DNA of 64,000 nucleotides, from assembly GCA_026770705.1 (NCBI GenBank), contig JANJGN010000071.1:1116001-1180000 (forward strand), written 5' to 3'. This document shows, piece by piece, positions 63,155 to 64,000 of the stretch. The translations under genes were made by a program, and so were the position numbers. Source of the stretch: Isurus oxyrinchus. Lineage: Eukaryota. Under the pieces are notes generated by a model, which was not told the DNA's origin, searched no databases, and worked only from the letters and a program-made list of their open reading frames with translations. Every line of letters begins with the position of its first letter. The stretch's first letter is position 1.

Positions 63155-63528
63155 CAGAAACGTGAAGCTGGGTTACAGGATAGTAGCTGTAACTATTCCT
63201 GCTGTCAAACTCTATTCTGAAAAAATAAGGTCCTGCATCTTCCCGTCTGATGTTGTTTATAATCAGGGAACAGTCGCCATCTTTCAGGTCTCCAGACAGC
63301 CGGGTACGATGGCGGAATCTTTGATCCCTGTGATTGTGACCCTCGGAGTGAAAGGCTATAGACCATTTAGGCTGTGGGTTCCCATCTATTCCTTTCAACC
63401 AGATTCTGCACGTGATCTCCCTACGAAATTTGATAAGTAACTGTAATGACATGGAATCTGTACACATGAACCTTCCTGTGCTGTCACCTCTCATGGAGTG
63501 TCACCTTTCCACTCTTGTGACAGTCCAA
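63155..63528 (-). pseudogene. Gene D Siglec-type V-set exon with nonsense and frameshift mutations
   Basis: CGA>TGA at 63491-63493; 1-nt deletion before the C-strand Trp; retains YFFRIEF and both splice sites. Confidence 0.85.
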
Positions 63529-64000
63529 CTGGGGAGAGAAATATCAATATTTGACTCTGGATGGTTTGTAGATCCACTAGACTCGATATCCACCCCCTCC
63601 ATCACTGGGGCACAGTGGCTGCAGTGTGGACCATCTACAGGACACACAAGGAACTCCCCAAGGTTTCACAACAGATAGAAGAGAATCCTGGACACAGGAG
63701 TGGACAAGTTCATTCTACATTGGCTCATGGTCCTCAGGACCCTGTTTAGTGAAGCCAGTCTTCCATCCAACACAGTGTCTACAAGATACACAGGGAAACT
63801 GTGTAAATATCTCATCTCTCAACACTGAATGGGCTGAGCTTCAGTTTAACTTTCAGTATTTTTAAATTTCCATACTGTGGTTGCTATGGTGAAACTGTGC
63901 AGGAAGTGTGAGGGCTGGACTCTCTGTCTATTCTCACTGCAGCTGTGATGTGGTCGTGGTGATTCTCAGTAAAATGAAACCCTCTGATCTCCTCCATCGC

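Overview
Eukaryotic, repeat-rich genomic DNA. The repeat landscape (CR1/L2 LINEs, Deu-domain SacSINE-like SINEs, Penelope-like fragments, Gypsy LTRs) suggests a cartilaginous fish; this is an inference. Exons were read by hand, because most are missed or misframed by the ORF track. They define a Siglec/MAG-like Ig-receptor cluster with a hepcidin-like gene inside it. (A) 3' end of a + strand gene: a C2 exon, a dead half Ig exon, and a terminal TM exon with an intramembrane Arg and an 11-aa tyrosine-free tail (activating type). (B) A complete-looking + strand gene (5761-31683): one leader, TWO V-set exons (one keeps the Siglec essential Arg, one lacks it), five C2 exons, a neutral TM, and TWO duplicated cytoplasmic exon pairs (ITSM-only versus ITIM+ITSM). 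(C) A divergent MAG-like leader and V exon cut off by a Gypsy fragment. (H) A three-exon hepcidin-like gene (48140-52831). It has a furin site RQKR and an 8-Cys, 29-aa mature peptide with an unusually long loop, and a TATA/GGCGCC/C-EBP-like promoter; exon 1 shows a reading-frame problem. (D) An inverted - strand pseudogene copy of the activating-type gene that has lost its C2 exon. Best candidate for an undescribed system: paired activating/inhibitory Siglec-like receptors diversified by exon duplication, physically linked to an atypical hepcidin, echoing the mammalian HAMP-MAG-CD22 neighbourhood.
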